Shown: positions 28,801 to 41,773 of the stretch, piece after piece
How positions within the stretch are numbered: the first letter of the stretch is position 1
How the letters are laid out: each line of letters begins with the position of its first letter
Source of the DNA: Tubulanus polymorphus
Lineage: Eukaryota; Animalia; Nemertea
Direction of reading: 5' to 3'
DNA length: 64,000 nt
NCBI RefSeq assembly: GCF_964204645.1
Contig: NC_134029.1
Location: 5,146,001 to 5,210,000 of the forward strand
Position numbers and translations under genes: made by a program
The notes under the pieces: generated by a model
Database searches by the model: none
Told to the model about the DNA's origin: nothing
Seen by the model: only the letters and a program-made list of their open reading frames with translations

Positions 28801-30421
28801 AAATGTAAAAGTAGACGCCTGCTCATTGTAATGATCGCTATTATATATAATCTATACCAAACGACCTCAATAATTGAAATGATTCTATGCATCTAATAGT
28901 TAAACGACGGGATATCTATAATAAAAAACCATTGAAGTTGCAAAAAGCTGTAAACACAGGCGTAAACTTGATTTTTAAGGTTAAAGAACTGATTCGACAT
29001 GTCGAAAGTACGTTAGGCCCAGTTGATGTTATCGTCAATAACGCCGGTGTTATGTATTATACTATGATGAAAAACCTTCATGAAAATGAATGGGAGAAAC
29101 AAATTGACATTAACTGTAAGGTAAGCAACAAATAGATTTCTTAACTTGACAACCTCCAAAGGAGAATACCAGCTTAGCGGTTTCCGGACGACACTGCGCA
29201 TTTTGAGTATATAATCCATTTCATATAATAATATAATCATTCACATAATATATTGTACATAGTATATATATATATATATATATAATCCATCACATATTTT
29301 GAGTATATAATCCATTTCATATAATAATATAATCCATCACATAATATATTGTACATAGTATATTAACATAATCCATCACATATTTTGAGTATATAATCCA
29401 TATGTAACTTATTTCCGTAAACATATCGAACATGTTCCACATTTTTAGGGTGTTGTGAACATGGTAGGAGCAGCAATTGATGGAATGCTGACGAGGAAAT
29501 CCGGTCATATTGTCAACATGTCTTCTAATGCCGGTAGACGGGTAGGCCACTTACCAAGATATATCGTGTAGCCAACGCCCCCAATTTTAAGGTCTTCAGA
29601 TATCTGGTGCGCTTAGAAAAGACTTACCTGTTTCATTCAAAAGTCAATGCGGCTTTATTTTGAAGAGATTTCATAGATGACGTATCTTTACATGATCGAT
29701 ATTAAAAATTTACTGTGTATTAATTCTGATGTTATAAAAGAGCCTAACCTCTTGATAACGTACATTGCAGGGATTTGCTGGACTAGCAGTCTACTCGGGT
29801 ACTAAATTCTTCGTGGAAGGGTTTTCTCAAGCGTTGCGTCAGGAAGTGAGCGGTTCAGGAATAAGAGTGACGTGCATACAACCCGGGGATGTAAAGACTG
29901 AACTCCTTACTCACACCACTGATGCTGAGGTACTCTATTAGTTACAGGTCGTGGGGCTACTAGATATTAATTACGTATTTTGTGGATGTCTTCAGCACAG
30001 GTTATCAATTATCCTCGCTAAAGAGACTTGTGTGTCTCTTTGAATGATGAGAGCCACTGTTTGTCGGTAGAGTGTATCTCTTAGTAAATGATTTGACTAT
30101 AGGGTGTGCAATGATACTTCCTAAATTCAAGAATTGAATTTTCCAAACTGCTCAAAGTGGTCTAACTCTGGGAAGTGTTGATAACTTGTCTTGGCAAAAT
30201 TCGATTAGTAATTACTAGTAATGGTTCACAATTTATTGTTCAGATTTGTTTAGCCTACATGTAGTATCATTTTTCAGGCTAAATCCCAATACGACGGTAG
30301 TGAACAGTGTAAAATTCTCGATCCTGATGATATTGGACGAGCAGTCGTCTATGCTGTCAGTCAACCGGGACACGTCGGACTCAACGAAATTCTTATCGAA
30401 CCCAGAGAAGCTCCAATATAA
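19838..30421 (+). CDS. NRPS-like A-T-R-R enzyme (adenylation, thiolation, thioester reductase, SDR); ATRR/glycine betaine reductase-like; 25 coding exons, ~1285 aa
   Basis: All introns are GT-AG and the frame is continuous. Exons: 19838-19936, 20252-20396, 20612-20728, 20931-21086, 21279-21413, 21514-21679, 21948-22098, 22622-22735, 22949-23164, 23341-23537, 23672-23863, 23973-24188, 24674-24809, 24955-25120, 25205-25320, 25486-25571, 25661-25827, 26394-26619, 26936-27076, 27788-27957, 28558-28766, 28980-29120, 29449-29541, 29771-29929, 30278-30421 (3858 nt). A-domain motifs: [72 protein letters not shown] domain: FFDLGGHSL. R1: [11 protein letters not shown] and [11 protein letters not shown]2: [17 protein letters not shown]. 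Probable 5'UTR exon donor at 19137 with acceptor at ~19785. Confidence 0.93.
22474..22526. repeat. near-perfect intronic palindrome with ~26-bp arms
   Basis: taatctaatgaattgcggctgctttc-a-gaaagtagccataattcattagatta, with 3 mismatches between arms. Confidence 0.8.
25966..26112. mobile_element. short non-autonomous DNA element with CAGGG termini, in an intron of the A-T-R-R gene
   Basis: Terminal inverted repeats cagggccgaacctagcg / cgctaagtagggccctg. Flanks aaaat / gaaat form an imperfect 5-bp duplication. Confidence 0.65.
29201..29400. repeat. AT-rich intronic tandem duplication (~86-96-bp unit, ~2.2 copies) containing a short (TA)n
   Basis: ttttgagtatataatcca recurs at 29201, 29297 and 29383. 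Confidence 0.9.
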
Positions 30422-30606
30422 AACCGTTAGACGATTTTAAAGCGAGTATTCGCCTTTGGTGTATTTTTTACGCTGAAATGTTTGAACAGGGGGAGGAATC
30501 GAACACGTTGAAGTACCTTGCTATACATACGGTGAAGGATATGATTCTGAACGTTTATTCTAGCTGATTTATCTGTTTCGTTATATACGACGGTGAATTA
30601 CTGTGA

Positions 30607-30612
30607 AATAAA
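30607..30612 (+). terminator. polyadenylation signal of the A-T-R-R gene
   Basis: AATAAA ~185 nt downstream of the TAA stop. Confidence 0.6.
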
Positions 30613-33600
30613 TGCTAATGGTGAAAGTCGCTTCATTTTTCCATCTGTTTAGCCTGTTTGAATTAAGTATTCAGATGGGTTGCCGCTCTTCGCGCGCTCT
30701 ATTCTGGAAGAAACGACTGGTAGACGGCGCCGCATCAATCAGTAAATTATATAGAATAAGATGACGACAGTTTTGGAAAGTTTTTTAAGTATTGTAATAG
30801 GTCAATAGTTTCATCCATTTTACTTGCAAAAATAGTCGTAAAAGCAGAAGTAAAAATGTAACGCGTAGGCTGATGTTTGCGTAAAAATAAAGGGTTGATG
30901 TTCACGTGCCTTCTCTCCAATATGATTGGCTCAGTATCATTGACGTAAGCCTCTAGAAATGATCAATACTGAAAGTAACTGAATGTGAGAGAATAGTTCT
31001 ATCGCGAATTATCCATTGATCTTGACCACAGAGATATCACAAACTGTCTCTCTTCGACCCCAAGCTGATAATCGCACGAGTTACTGATGTCAAGAGTAAA
31101 TGAACAAAAATATTTTGTAAGAAATGGATTCTTAGAAACGATCACAAAGATCATTCACAAAATATGCGCACCTTGTTTAAATGAACACGACATGATAGAT
31201 ACACCGGGGTATAGAATGAGGAATGAACGTACGGGTGGCCGTTTATCTGAAACGGGAAAACTGTGAAAGTTCAAGTATTTTCGAAGTGCAGGCGAAGATT
31301 ACGAGCAGAAAAAAAACGTATCAATGAAAGATATAACCCATTAGCGAGGACTCCAACTCAAAAAATGAACAGAAAACGAGCATGGAAAATTCAAGAAAAT
31401 ATACTCGGATAGTAAACTTGTCGTTAGACATGGACGTTAGTTTGTTAAATGTTGAACACGAACTCAGGCCTGATAGTAAACTCAAATTCAAAGTTCCCAC
31501 TGCTTCGTGTGTGGTCGTACAACACGTGTGGCATCTACGAAATCTGCCTGCAAGCCAAGGCTTTCCTTACTTCCATATCATACACGATTCCGGCAAACAA
31601 TTTAGCCAATAATTCGGAGGGCATCCAGTGTTTACTGCGTCCAGGTATTTTTCTTCGTAAATTTAGCAGAACGATGTTTTGAATACGTGGCATTTAAGTG
31701 GCCCATGTAGCCCGCCTGTCGTTCGTGAAAGAGTCAAAATTTTGACACGTTCGTTGAAAGTCAAGTGACGTATTTTAATTGTGCCATTTGAATGAGATCG
31801 ACCGACCACCCAATTTTCACCGATTACCTCAAAATCTAGTGTTTAGTTGAAGGTTACGATTTTCATAAGATCTCCATGTGAGCACGTATGTACATAGTTC
31901 CGTACGTGATAATCATCGAAAATTCCCATGTGCTCCATTTTACGCCCATCCCGATGTCAATAATCAAAAGGGCAATAAACATGTAATAATGCCTCTTCAG
32001 GTAAATATTTTTTTCAATTTTTTTTTTTCATTCATTGAATCCGAAAATAAAGAAAGGACAACTGTGAACTATAAGAGATCAGCGTCCAAAATCAACTGGA
32101 CATCATAAACTTGGAATCAGTTCTCAAGTTCTCGAGTTAACTAATCCGTTAAATTTGAATTTTTGTACATAGAAATATGGATGTTTAGTACTTTTTTTCA
32201 CATATTCCGATAAATAGAAGTGATGACTATTTCTTTGTGGTAGTTATTAAACCTCTTGCGCGCTATAATTTATGGCCCCAATGCGGTGAATTCTGCCCCG
32301 CCCATCTATTTCGAGCTATGAAAACACGTTTCATTTTCAACAGGTTTTAAATGCGCTCAGTGGAAAGTTGAGCATTCACCTACAGGGATTGCCTCGCAAT
32401 AATTTCAAAGATCATCCCACTATTGTCAAAGCATTCTATAGCTTTCACTTTCCGTTGTTTGTTCTAGCAACGGGTGGCCACATTGCATTGTTCGAACTGC
32501 CATTTTAAGAGTGTCATTTTAACAACATTCAAACTGCCAAATATGAGAGTGGTCCTTTCACGTGAAATAGCCTTATTCTTTAAGGAAAAATGTCACATTT
32601 CGTGAAATTTTCTTTGGCATTAGAATTCCTAATTTTTTTGTTCAGTTCAATTAGATCCATGGCTGGTACTTTTTTCTCTCGAATAGTGTTGTCGATGAAT
32701 ATCTTCATCGATCTTATAGTGCCCTATAAAGTAGATAGGAACTTTCTATCTATAGTTAGACTCATTTTACAGACGCGATTTATAGTTAATTTATGCCGCG
32801 TGAGAAAAGATTGAATCGGAAAAGAATTCAAAACTCGTGCTACCGCTAAACCGTAACTGCATTCCCGACCGAAACCGTCACCAATTCTGCGAACTTCGGC
32901 ACGGCAATGTGTTCCATATGGTGAGGCCTTGTTTTGTGTTATGGCGCGCACACGTTCAGTTTTACGAGTCCTAACCAACTCTCGGCATTTCAGTCATCTC
33001 GTGCGTAAATCGTAAACACCCAGGTAGATTTACTTGTTTCTTGCATTCCTCGATGTTGTACTACAGACAAATATATCAAACTTTGCAATCATCAAGTAGA
33101 TTTAACATGTGTATAAGGGACCCCGATTGCTACTATATACGTGTAAAAACCTAATGCCACCGTGGAAGTCTGCCAAGCATATACCAATCATTATTTCAAC
33201 AAAGAAAACATTTTTCTTACTTTGTACGACTCTCTACAAGCTCGTGGTAGGCATACCGAGGAGCTTTATTCATATTTTATTTTAAAATATTTTCGCATAT
33301 TTGAGAGAGAAAGAGAGACTAAAGGAGATTTCCAATCTTGCATATCTGAATGTTTCATCATCAACAAATACATAAGACAAGGCAGAATAAGAAGCGTGTA
33401 TAATAAAAGTAAAGATATAGAATGTTCACAAGTTCCTGTTGCCAATTACCCCAAATACGTATTTGAAAATTGTTAGCATTCGATATGAGAGATCTAAATT
33501 TTCCATTTAGTTTAAAGAATGTCATTCATGAAAGCACAAGTCCTATTTGATGCGCATTCCCGGTTGCCATGATAATCATCACTTCTGGCGTCATATAGTT

Positions 33601-36441
33601 AATGAGTCTATATCGTGTAAGAACAGTCTCAATGTCGTTAGGATCTTGTCCCCTGCGTCTCTCCCTACACACACCGAAGTTATCAACGAGTCAGATGCAC
33701 CTGACTTGACGAAAAATTCCTATCAGAAAAATTACCGCTGACATCGCTTTGCTATACGCGCTGCAAGTCGCGATAAAACTTAAACTGCGCAACGATGAAA
33801 TGACAGAAAACTGACTTGATTAGATAATCGGCAGCTTTTAACGTCGTATTCGTGGGATTGGTTGACTTCTTATTTGAGTGATCCGCCAAAGAAGCTAACG
33901 CGTCGTACAGTTTTAATGTCACACGGTGCGAATATATGGCTGACCTTTAACGAAGAGATTTTGAATCTAAAAGAATCTTTTATCCAGCATCGCATCTATC
34001 TTTCAGGGAGTGTTCTCGCACTCCTTGACACCAGTGACAGATTATTAATGAATAAACAAAAAAGGTGACTATACGCTATTTTTACCCGAAAATGTAAAAA
34101 GAGGATATTTCATCTGCGCGTATAATATAACGCACTTGATGAATAGTGAAGTTATGTTTAGTCAGATTTGCGTCATGATTTGTTTGAGTCAGCGCAGCGT
34201 TTCAGGTAAAAACCAGTTCAAGAGGCAAACGTGACAGTTGACGTTACAGAGCCGCGTTTATATCGTATCGACGGAAAAATTACCACCGCCGTCATCAGAC
34301 CTTTATCAATTAATCGAATATACCGATCAATCGATCTAAAAATAGAAACCTGGCAAACTGTTCACGTAACTATTTTTCAATCAACAATTGGTCATCGTCG
34401 GTTCTGAATTCCGAGAAAATACGCAGACGCTTTCCGATTTTTCTAACAGCGCAGAAAACATCTCATCGGTATTCGTCTATTCATTTTACTGATTAATTAA
34501 CGGCGCTCTGATACGTGAAGTGTAAAAAAAAAACTTTCGATAACACGACTCAACAGTGAAAACCAATTAGCGACATGTCCGTCGAAAGTTGAGCAAGAAA
34601 TGATTTCATCGTTACCCAGTATTTCGGACGTCACTCGCTTTTTAGAATTTAGTCACGTGCCATCCAAAGTTCGCAGACGGAATTCGCCAGACGAAAGGAG
34701 TTGACGAAGAAATGTGAAAGATTCTTGGCTTAATAATGACTTATTTTCTAGAACAAAAGTAATAAAACTCTAAATATATTTCCTCGCCAAAAACTAATAC
34801 GATATAGCGATTCAACACTAGGAGCACGAAGGCCCGATAAGGCTGAACCTGCAACAGAAACGACCAAAAACTAACAAGACGTTTTTGTCTTCATGTACTG
34901 CCTTGGATCACGATCGTCCGTTGACTCTATCCTGTTTGTCCCTAAGTACATTTCGTCCTGAAAGTCACATAAAACGGCCAGCTATAAATATATGCGTTCG
35001 TTTTCTCAGAATCATCTAGAGAATACGATAGGTACCGCCTTGAACGGCGTCGTTTAATTTCACAGAGTGGTATTCGTGGTAGCATGAGAAAGTCCCCAGG
35101 CTTTATCTAGGGTCACGACCACCACAGTTTTGGAGTTTGTCGGTGATTGTTTGATAAACATCAAATGCTAGGTAAATCACTTGATTTTTAAGGTAGCCGT
35201 CATCACCAAACCTTGGTTATGCAGAAACAATTTTCTTCGTTGTTTCTATACATTGTTCTGTCCTCCAAATTCGATTTTTAATTTTGATTTTCACGAAAAT
35301 AAACGTTCTTTTACAGTATGTATATACGGATGAATTATATCTTCGACGGAAATTGAATGAAGGCAAACTTTCATATCGCGTCTTAACGAACGAGTCTGCG
35401 AATACAAAACCCTCAAATTGCATCTATTGTGTAAGAAACTTCAGCTGACGCTAGATCTAATGTTCCTAGTTGCCAGTATGCCTGAGAGCGTGTGTCTTCG
35501 GCTGCGGACGCACCTAATTTCAAAAGAATGTCACCCGGATAGGTTATTCTTAAGTTTTAATTCGAACTCTTGGTCATCAATGAATGGCTTAATCAAGCCA
35601 TCGCAAACGACTTGGTTATTAACCCAATTTCATCAATCTTATCAAAATAAGACGCCCGATTGTGGTGGTACAATATCAAAAGTTCGTAAAAACATGGCAT
35701 CTTATGTTAGCATCGACATATCGAATCTTTACGAGTGAAGAATTCGCCGATTGGCCATCTGGTGAATTTCGCCACATTATACGAATCTTCTTGGGCGGCC
35801 TGCGGAAGAGCTGCGTTACTAGTAGTAGATGGATTAATTTATTATACTGGATTATACTATGTTATAGACTCGTAACTCGCTCGCTGCCGAGTCTTCGCCG
35901 CCGCGGCAACAACCGAGTATCGATTGTAAATATCGCATCGCAGAATCGCTCGGTGTTTCACGCGCGCCGGGACAGTGGCCCCGCGCACATCTTAGCAACT
36001 TTTCAGTTTTCACATCCGACCAAATCTGATTGGCGCGCGCGTCGTATATGAAACGGGACGAGTTTCGAGATGGGACATTCAATGTGAAACAACAGCGAAA
36101 AGCAACCAGTGACCAGCGACCAAACTCCGTGTACTATATAGGCACGCTATATATTCGAAATGTGATAGAAATTTGACAATACGCGATAATACTTTGAATT
36201 ATACCTTATAGAAGCTGCTGAGAGTTGAGGATAAAGTTTAAGAATGTTTTCTTAAAAAGAATGTTTTCTTAAACACCTTAAATTACACAGTTCGTTATTC
36301 AAAGATATCATTTTTCCATGTCGTAAAACAACTATCGAATTGTTCGTAAGGATCTTTATCACGCGCTATTGGTTCGAAGTTACGCGAATACACGCGACAT
36401 AAGTTAGATTTCTATTTCAAAAAGACACCCGAGCGAGTAAA

Positions 36442-39400
36442 ATGAACTCACGGATTCTAGTTTACGTGATTTTACAAGTGGTCCTGTTGAAGTCGATTTG
36501 CGATGGAAAGCGAACCCGTCGCAAAAGAGAACATCACAAACGCGCTAAACTTCACCTTGAAGATTGCGGTACGTATAGCATCTATCATTATTCATATATA
36601 CTGTTTGCTTTATTTGTTTCTACCTTATTAGGGATTGTGTATGATCTTTACAACTCGTTGATATTTCTACTTATCTTAACGATGTGTTTGTACTATTGCT
36701 ATTTGTCTTAGTAAATATGCACTGCATCTCGCAAATGTTTTGATTTAGAGAAGACATTATCGGGTTGGCGGTGCTTCCACTGGGATTCGAACCACCCATA
36801 GCGCGATGGCTTTCGCGCGCTTTTTCCGATTCCGTTCAAATCTCGTATCATCGGGCTTTTTGGTTGAAAATGCAGCGCTGTTACCGAACCTGGGAAACCG
36901 TCTCCGACAGAACTAACTGGTTCAGCAAAAGGTGTGCGTGCCTATCGAAAACTTATCGTTCACAGTCAAAACTGAGCGACATGAAGGAGACGGTAATGCG
37001 GGTGGCCTCGCTGTCTACTGATTTATATCAGATAATACGAATATACATCATAAACTGTCAATGCGTGTAATAATTCTAACAAACTTATAGCGTCAAAATA
37101 CCAGACGAACATTTATCCCATTATCAGCTTGAATGTGTTTTTGTTGAGGCTGTAGTCGAGCTTAAGAAAACGTCCATTCGTCGCGTTCAAAAACAGCTAT
37201 CACGGCGCTGTACGATGCGAGAAACGTACTTTTAGTTGATTAAACGTACATTATTGATATCTGGTTTATTATATTATGGAGATCTATCAAAAATGGTGGC
37301 ATCAATCACGTCGTCCCTCGGCAGGGATTAAAACCTGATGACATCGAGACAGCGTGGCCGAGTCTATAACGATACCATCAGGTTCGAATCCCTGTCGAGG
37401 GAGGATGCATCAATCAGGAGGTGCCCCTCCCTACCAACCAAACATGTCAATCAATTTGAGATCATTTTTAAACAGACCCAGTTTCCAGAGATATTTATGG
37501 ATTCTTCGTTCATTCTCGGAAATCGTAAAATTGGCCATTCTAGCCTTCCGAGAGTACTGAATTCGAACCACGCGGATCGCAACGCGATTAAAATGTCATC
37601 GGCAGTTTATTTACAACAACCTGGCGGTTGACCACGAAACATTTATCGATTACCCGCACATGCCGAACATATTTGCGGTCTATCACTTTTTACCGGCGAG
37701 GAATTCTCCAGGTGTTAATAAGCATTCCTCATCTGCAACTCACCTGCTTATTCCACCTGTAGCAGCAGGTTCCCGCGAGCACCTGTTGACTATTCGATTG
37801 AGATGTTAACCAATCAGCAGTTGTTTACGGAGTTAAGAGCGCTAAACCCTTTTTACTAAATGAAAAATAGTTGATACATTTTTTCGAGAAAAAGTGAATA
37901 ATTTGAAAAAAAATGTAATACAGGGTAGTTTTGAATTGTAGTTTTTTTTTTAAGCATACTTAGTCTCCCTCCCCATGATTACTTCACTCCTTTATGATAT
38001 AACTGGTCGAACGGCGGGGGGGGGGGGGTGTGGATTCAAAAATGTAATTGTTTGGGGTATATCTTTTACGTTTCACGTCACTGAAACAAACATGAAAAAA
38101 TGAAAAACTCTTTCTCGTTTCCGTGTTACCCTGCGCCATGCGTGTTGGGCTGGAGGGCTTGAATTTTCTTCTCCTGACCTCACTGCGCCTTTTTCCACAA
38201 CACTATTTAAATTCTCCAGCATTCTTGAATTCATTAATCGTAATAATGAATGTCGGTTTTATATGTTTGCGTCAATGTGTAGAATTATCAATCAGGGATT
38301 TATTTAGAGGAGTAACATGACGGTTTCGCTGGTGTATGGGTGGTCCAGTAACTGCGCGCTAACTGCTACGAACGCTACTGCTGGTTTTACGCGCGTAATC
38401 GGTTGTCAATTCGAAACGCATACAAAGTTTGATTGATATATCGGAATTTAAAATTGGCTGATGATGATGCTCCTGACTTGTTTAATTTGTATAAAGTTAC
38501 AATGTTTCAGCGGGGTGCGTTTGAATATCAGCTCGTTGCGTAAAAATTCATTTCGCAAAAAATTAAAGGTATTTGAACTATGCATGAAAGAAATATTTTC
38601 GTGCGCGATTGAAATTCGTACCCTTACAACTTTCAAGGATACGATGTAGCGTCATGGAAATATTCCGCACAGGATACTAAATGTAGAGAACATGGTTCGA
38701 CTCCCAATTTTGCTAGGACGCCAATTTTGCATTTTTACATCAAATTGATTCATTTTCTTAATGGTTTTTTACTTTTTACAGGTGGACCGCATAAACTGGT
38801 AAGACTGGTGTCGCTACACGCTCATCCGTTGCCTATCATGTCACCGGGAAAGTTGCGCGTTTCATTCCGACTACACATTGCCAAACAGCTACCGGAGACG
38901 ATAATGCTTAACGTTACCGTTAACAAGTACCTGTTTGGCTTCGCGTTTGCCGTACCCTGTATCGACGATACAATAGGAACCTGGTAAGCATGTAAAACAT
39001 TTTATGCGCGCCCAAATTTCCAGCTAAACCTTGAAATAAAGTTTCTTAGAATATATACGTGTATGTGTAAATTTCGGCTGGTTTGGTGCTGATCTCGAAT
39101 ATTCATAGCTATCCTCAGAGGAAATGAGGTAAATGAGGAAAGTGCCCAGGACATCTCTGACTCCACGCATTTTCGTGCTTTAGAAATCTACCATCATGGG
39201 CTGAATAGATCGTTGGTAAACTAAACGGCTCAAAAAAGATTGTATAACATGTTAGATGAATGCCGGCGAATTCCGGAATGCCTACATTTCATCAACGATA
39301 AACTGACCATTGAAAGCCTTGTCGCTAAAGGTCAACAACACATCCGCGTCAACGCTGAAATCGTAAACATTATCGAACAATAACGGGCGATATGGAAAAA

Positions 39401-41116
39401 AGTGCCACCCGAGTGCTTATTTGTCAGCTCAGTAAATACTTTCGAAATAAGTATACCACGTGCGTCTAAGAGGGTATCTAATTGCAAATGCCACCACATA
39501 AAACACGATAATTGCTTTTGGAGGGTCTCCTCAAGGAAAGGTTACATTTTTTATGGCCAGGGTCGGCGCTGTTTGTGAAAACTTGCACGATTCATCGCGT
39601 TATGCTTCGCTTCAGAGATTTGTAAATTAGTTTTTTTCGATTAATTTGCTTTTCTGTGAATTTCTGTCTATCCATCCGTGTTACAACGACAACGTCCATG
39701 CGATGTATACATTTGATGTTTTGTCGAGAGTCAATTATTTGGATGTTATAGCATACACTACTGTATCGTCAACTGATCTAGACTAGCAGTTTTTCTGATA
39801 TATAATTCATGAAAAGGCATCTATAGAGATTTGTGCACATTTGACGCGATAACAATAGCCGATGACGGAAACAGGCAGCCTCCCCCGCACTATTTATCAT
39901 TTGACAAGCAAACGAGAGCCCGTTCGTTTGAAGAGGCTGGAAGCTACACTTAAGACCGTCGTTTCATGCATACCTGAGTAGCTTTCGGCTTAACATTATA
40001 TGGATGTGGTCTATTATACGACTCTTTGCTTCGATTGCCAATAATTTCTTATTGAATGTCATGACCTTCGCCAAAAAAGTCACCGATACTTTGTCATGAA
40101 CGTAATTGGCAGTTCTTTCTTTCCGATTCGCATTGACAAACACAACAATTTTGACCCATTTTGGTGAAGCGCATTATCATTGGCAGGCCCGATATTCGAA
40201 TCAATAACGTATATATATACTTATTTTTGACGGAACGCCATCTACACCGATCATCAACATCCCAAAATATACGCGGACATGAAACAGATTTACATACTAT
40301 CGCACTTTCTTTACTTAAATGCCACGACGACGACCAGAATATCATTTATCGTATAAAATTTGTGATTGTTCCCAAATTTCAGAAATGCTTCGACGCTTTT
40401 CACTCAACGCCGCTAAAGAATTAACGACTGTCAATTTCATTTCGTTTCAGCTCTTACCATAATATATGTCAACACTTGAGCAAGAGGTACGAATCAACTT
40501 GTACATGTCCGAGGCAGATGGTGAAATTCGGAGTACCATGCACGTGCCCGTTCAAACCGGGGAATTACAAGATGCATAATATAGGTTTCCATATCCCGAA
40601 ATTACATGGCATGGCGGCCCTGATGGCACAGGTATGTCAGAACTGTGCATATTTTTACACGATCTCATAAAAAAATCGACATCGATAGTTGCGACGATAG
40701 TTGCGACGAACAGCGACGATAGTAATCAGTCGTGGCTTAAGTCCAAAAGTGGTCTTAAATCTTAAGACTGGTCTAAATTGTTAGATTGGCTATAAAACTA
40801 AGTTGGTCTTAGGCTGGTCTTAAGTCGAAGCCGTGACTGCAAACCGCCCTTGAGACTTGAAAATTCGATTAACACGGATGGTATCTTTATCGGGTTTTCA
40901 TTTTATGTGAACAAGTTGTTAGTCAAAGCAATTAGATCAACTTTGCTGAGAAGAAGTTAAACTTAACTGATTGATTACTTTTTTTTCTAGGGTGAATACG
41001 ACTTGCGAGCTTCGCTTGTCGATGAAAAGACGGGAATCGAACTCGGATGCGCTTACACTAAATTCTCGATGAAACGAAAGAAACCGAAAGGCGGAGGCTG
41101 GTTCTTCGGCAAATGA
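36442..41116 (+). CDS. GM2-activator-like (ML/MD-2-related lipid recognition domain) secreted protein; 4 exons, ~211 aa
   Basis: Exons 36442-36568, 38782-38983, 40451-40631, 40991-41116, frame-consistent. Signal peptide plus the GM2A-type pattern EDCG, PLPIMSPG, VPCIDDTIGTCSYHNIC, CPRQMVKFGVPCTCPFKPGNY, GEYDL, ELGC. Confidence 0.9.
37348..37397 (+). mobile_element. tRNA-derived SINE head or tRNA pseudogene fragment (intronic)
   Basis: gacagcgTGGCCGAGT (A-box-like) and caGGTTCGAATCCctg (B-box/T-arm), without a complete cloverleaf. Confidence 0.45.
40727..40849. mobile_element. MITE-like element, inverted copy 2 of 10428-10565, truncated at the left end
   Basis: Its reverse complement aligns over ~120 bp with copy 1 (e.g. 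agaccagtcttaagatttaagaccacttttggacttaag). The left end abuts a short gcgacgatagtt tandem repeat. Confidence 0.85.
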
Positions 41117-41670
41117 CATAAGATCAAAAGAGGCCGACGGCTTTTCAGAAAAACGACGACGAAAGGATCGACGAACAGTAAAAAAACTATCACTAAAATC
41201 AACGCGAAACGAGATCTACAGGATCAAATCTAACTGAATTCAAATATACGTATATAGTAGCGTACTAGCATCTGATTAGATAATACTAGCGCAAAGTGAT
41301 ACTGTAGTGTTAAATAACGTCGTGGCGTTCAGCGCGAAGATCGGATTTGTTTCCAGCAAAATCGGCGCTATATTCGTGTAAATATACGTACGTATAATAC
41401 AATGGTATCTTCTTATCTTGCATCAGACTGTTTAAAGCGATGCAGTGGCGATGTATTAGGCTTCGCGATTGTTCGAAGATTGACTTCAGTTGCGACGATT
41501 TGTACGCACGGATTTTGCTGATATAATTGTGTGTTTGGCAGCTAAACGGGAAAGACAAAAGTTCCACAGTGCTATAGACTTTTACTTGATCTCTCTATGT
41601 AGATCTTTTAGCCGGTGCAGTTTTTTTTCTCTTTCGAAGTGTGTATAATACCTAACGTATAGTTTAACAC

Positions 41671-41773
<103 letters not shown>

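Noticed and set aside
28558-30421. SDR as a separate gene
   Set aside because: There is no ATG before the Rossmann motif in that exon, and the phase-1 donor at 27957 matches the acceptor at 28558 in frame.
30700-36400. Short ORFs such as 33162-33476, 35418-35738 and 35662-36051
   Set aside because: No recognisable domains or consistent exon chain; treated as intergenic or regulatory DNA.
37348-37420. Functional tRNA gene
   Set aside because: The D-arm and anticodon arm are missing, and there is no matching acceptor stem or poly-T terminator.
38016-38028. Poly-G run as a functional G-quadruplex
   Set aside because: It is an isolated intronic homopolymer with no supporting context.
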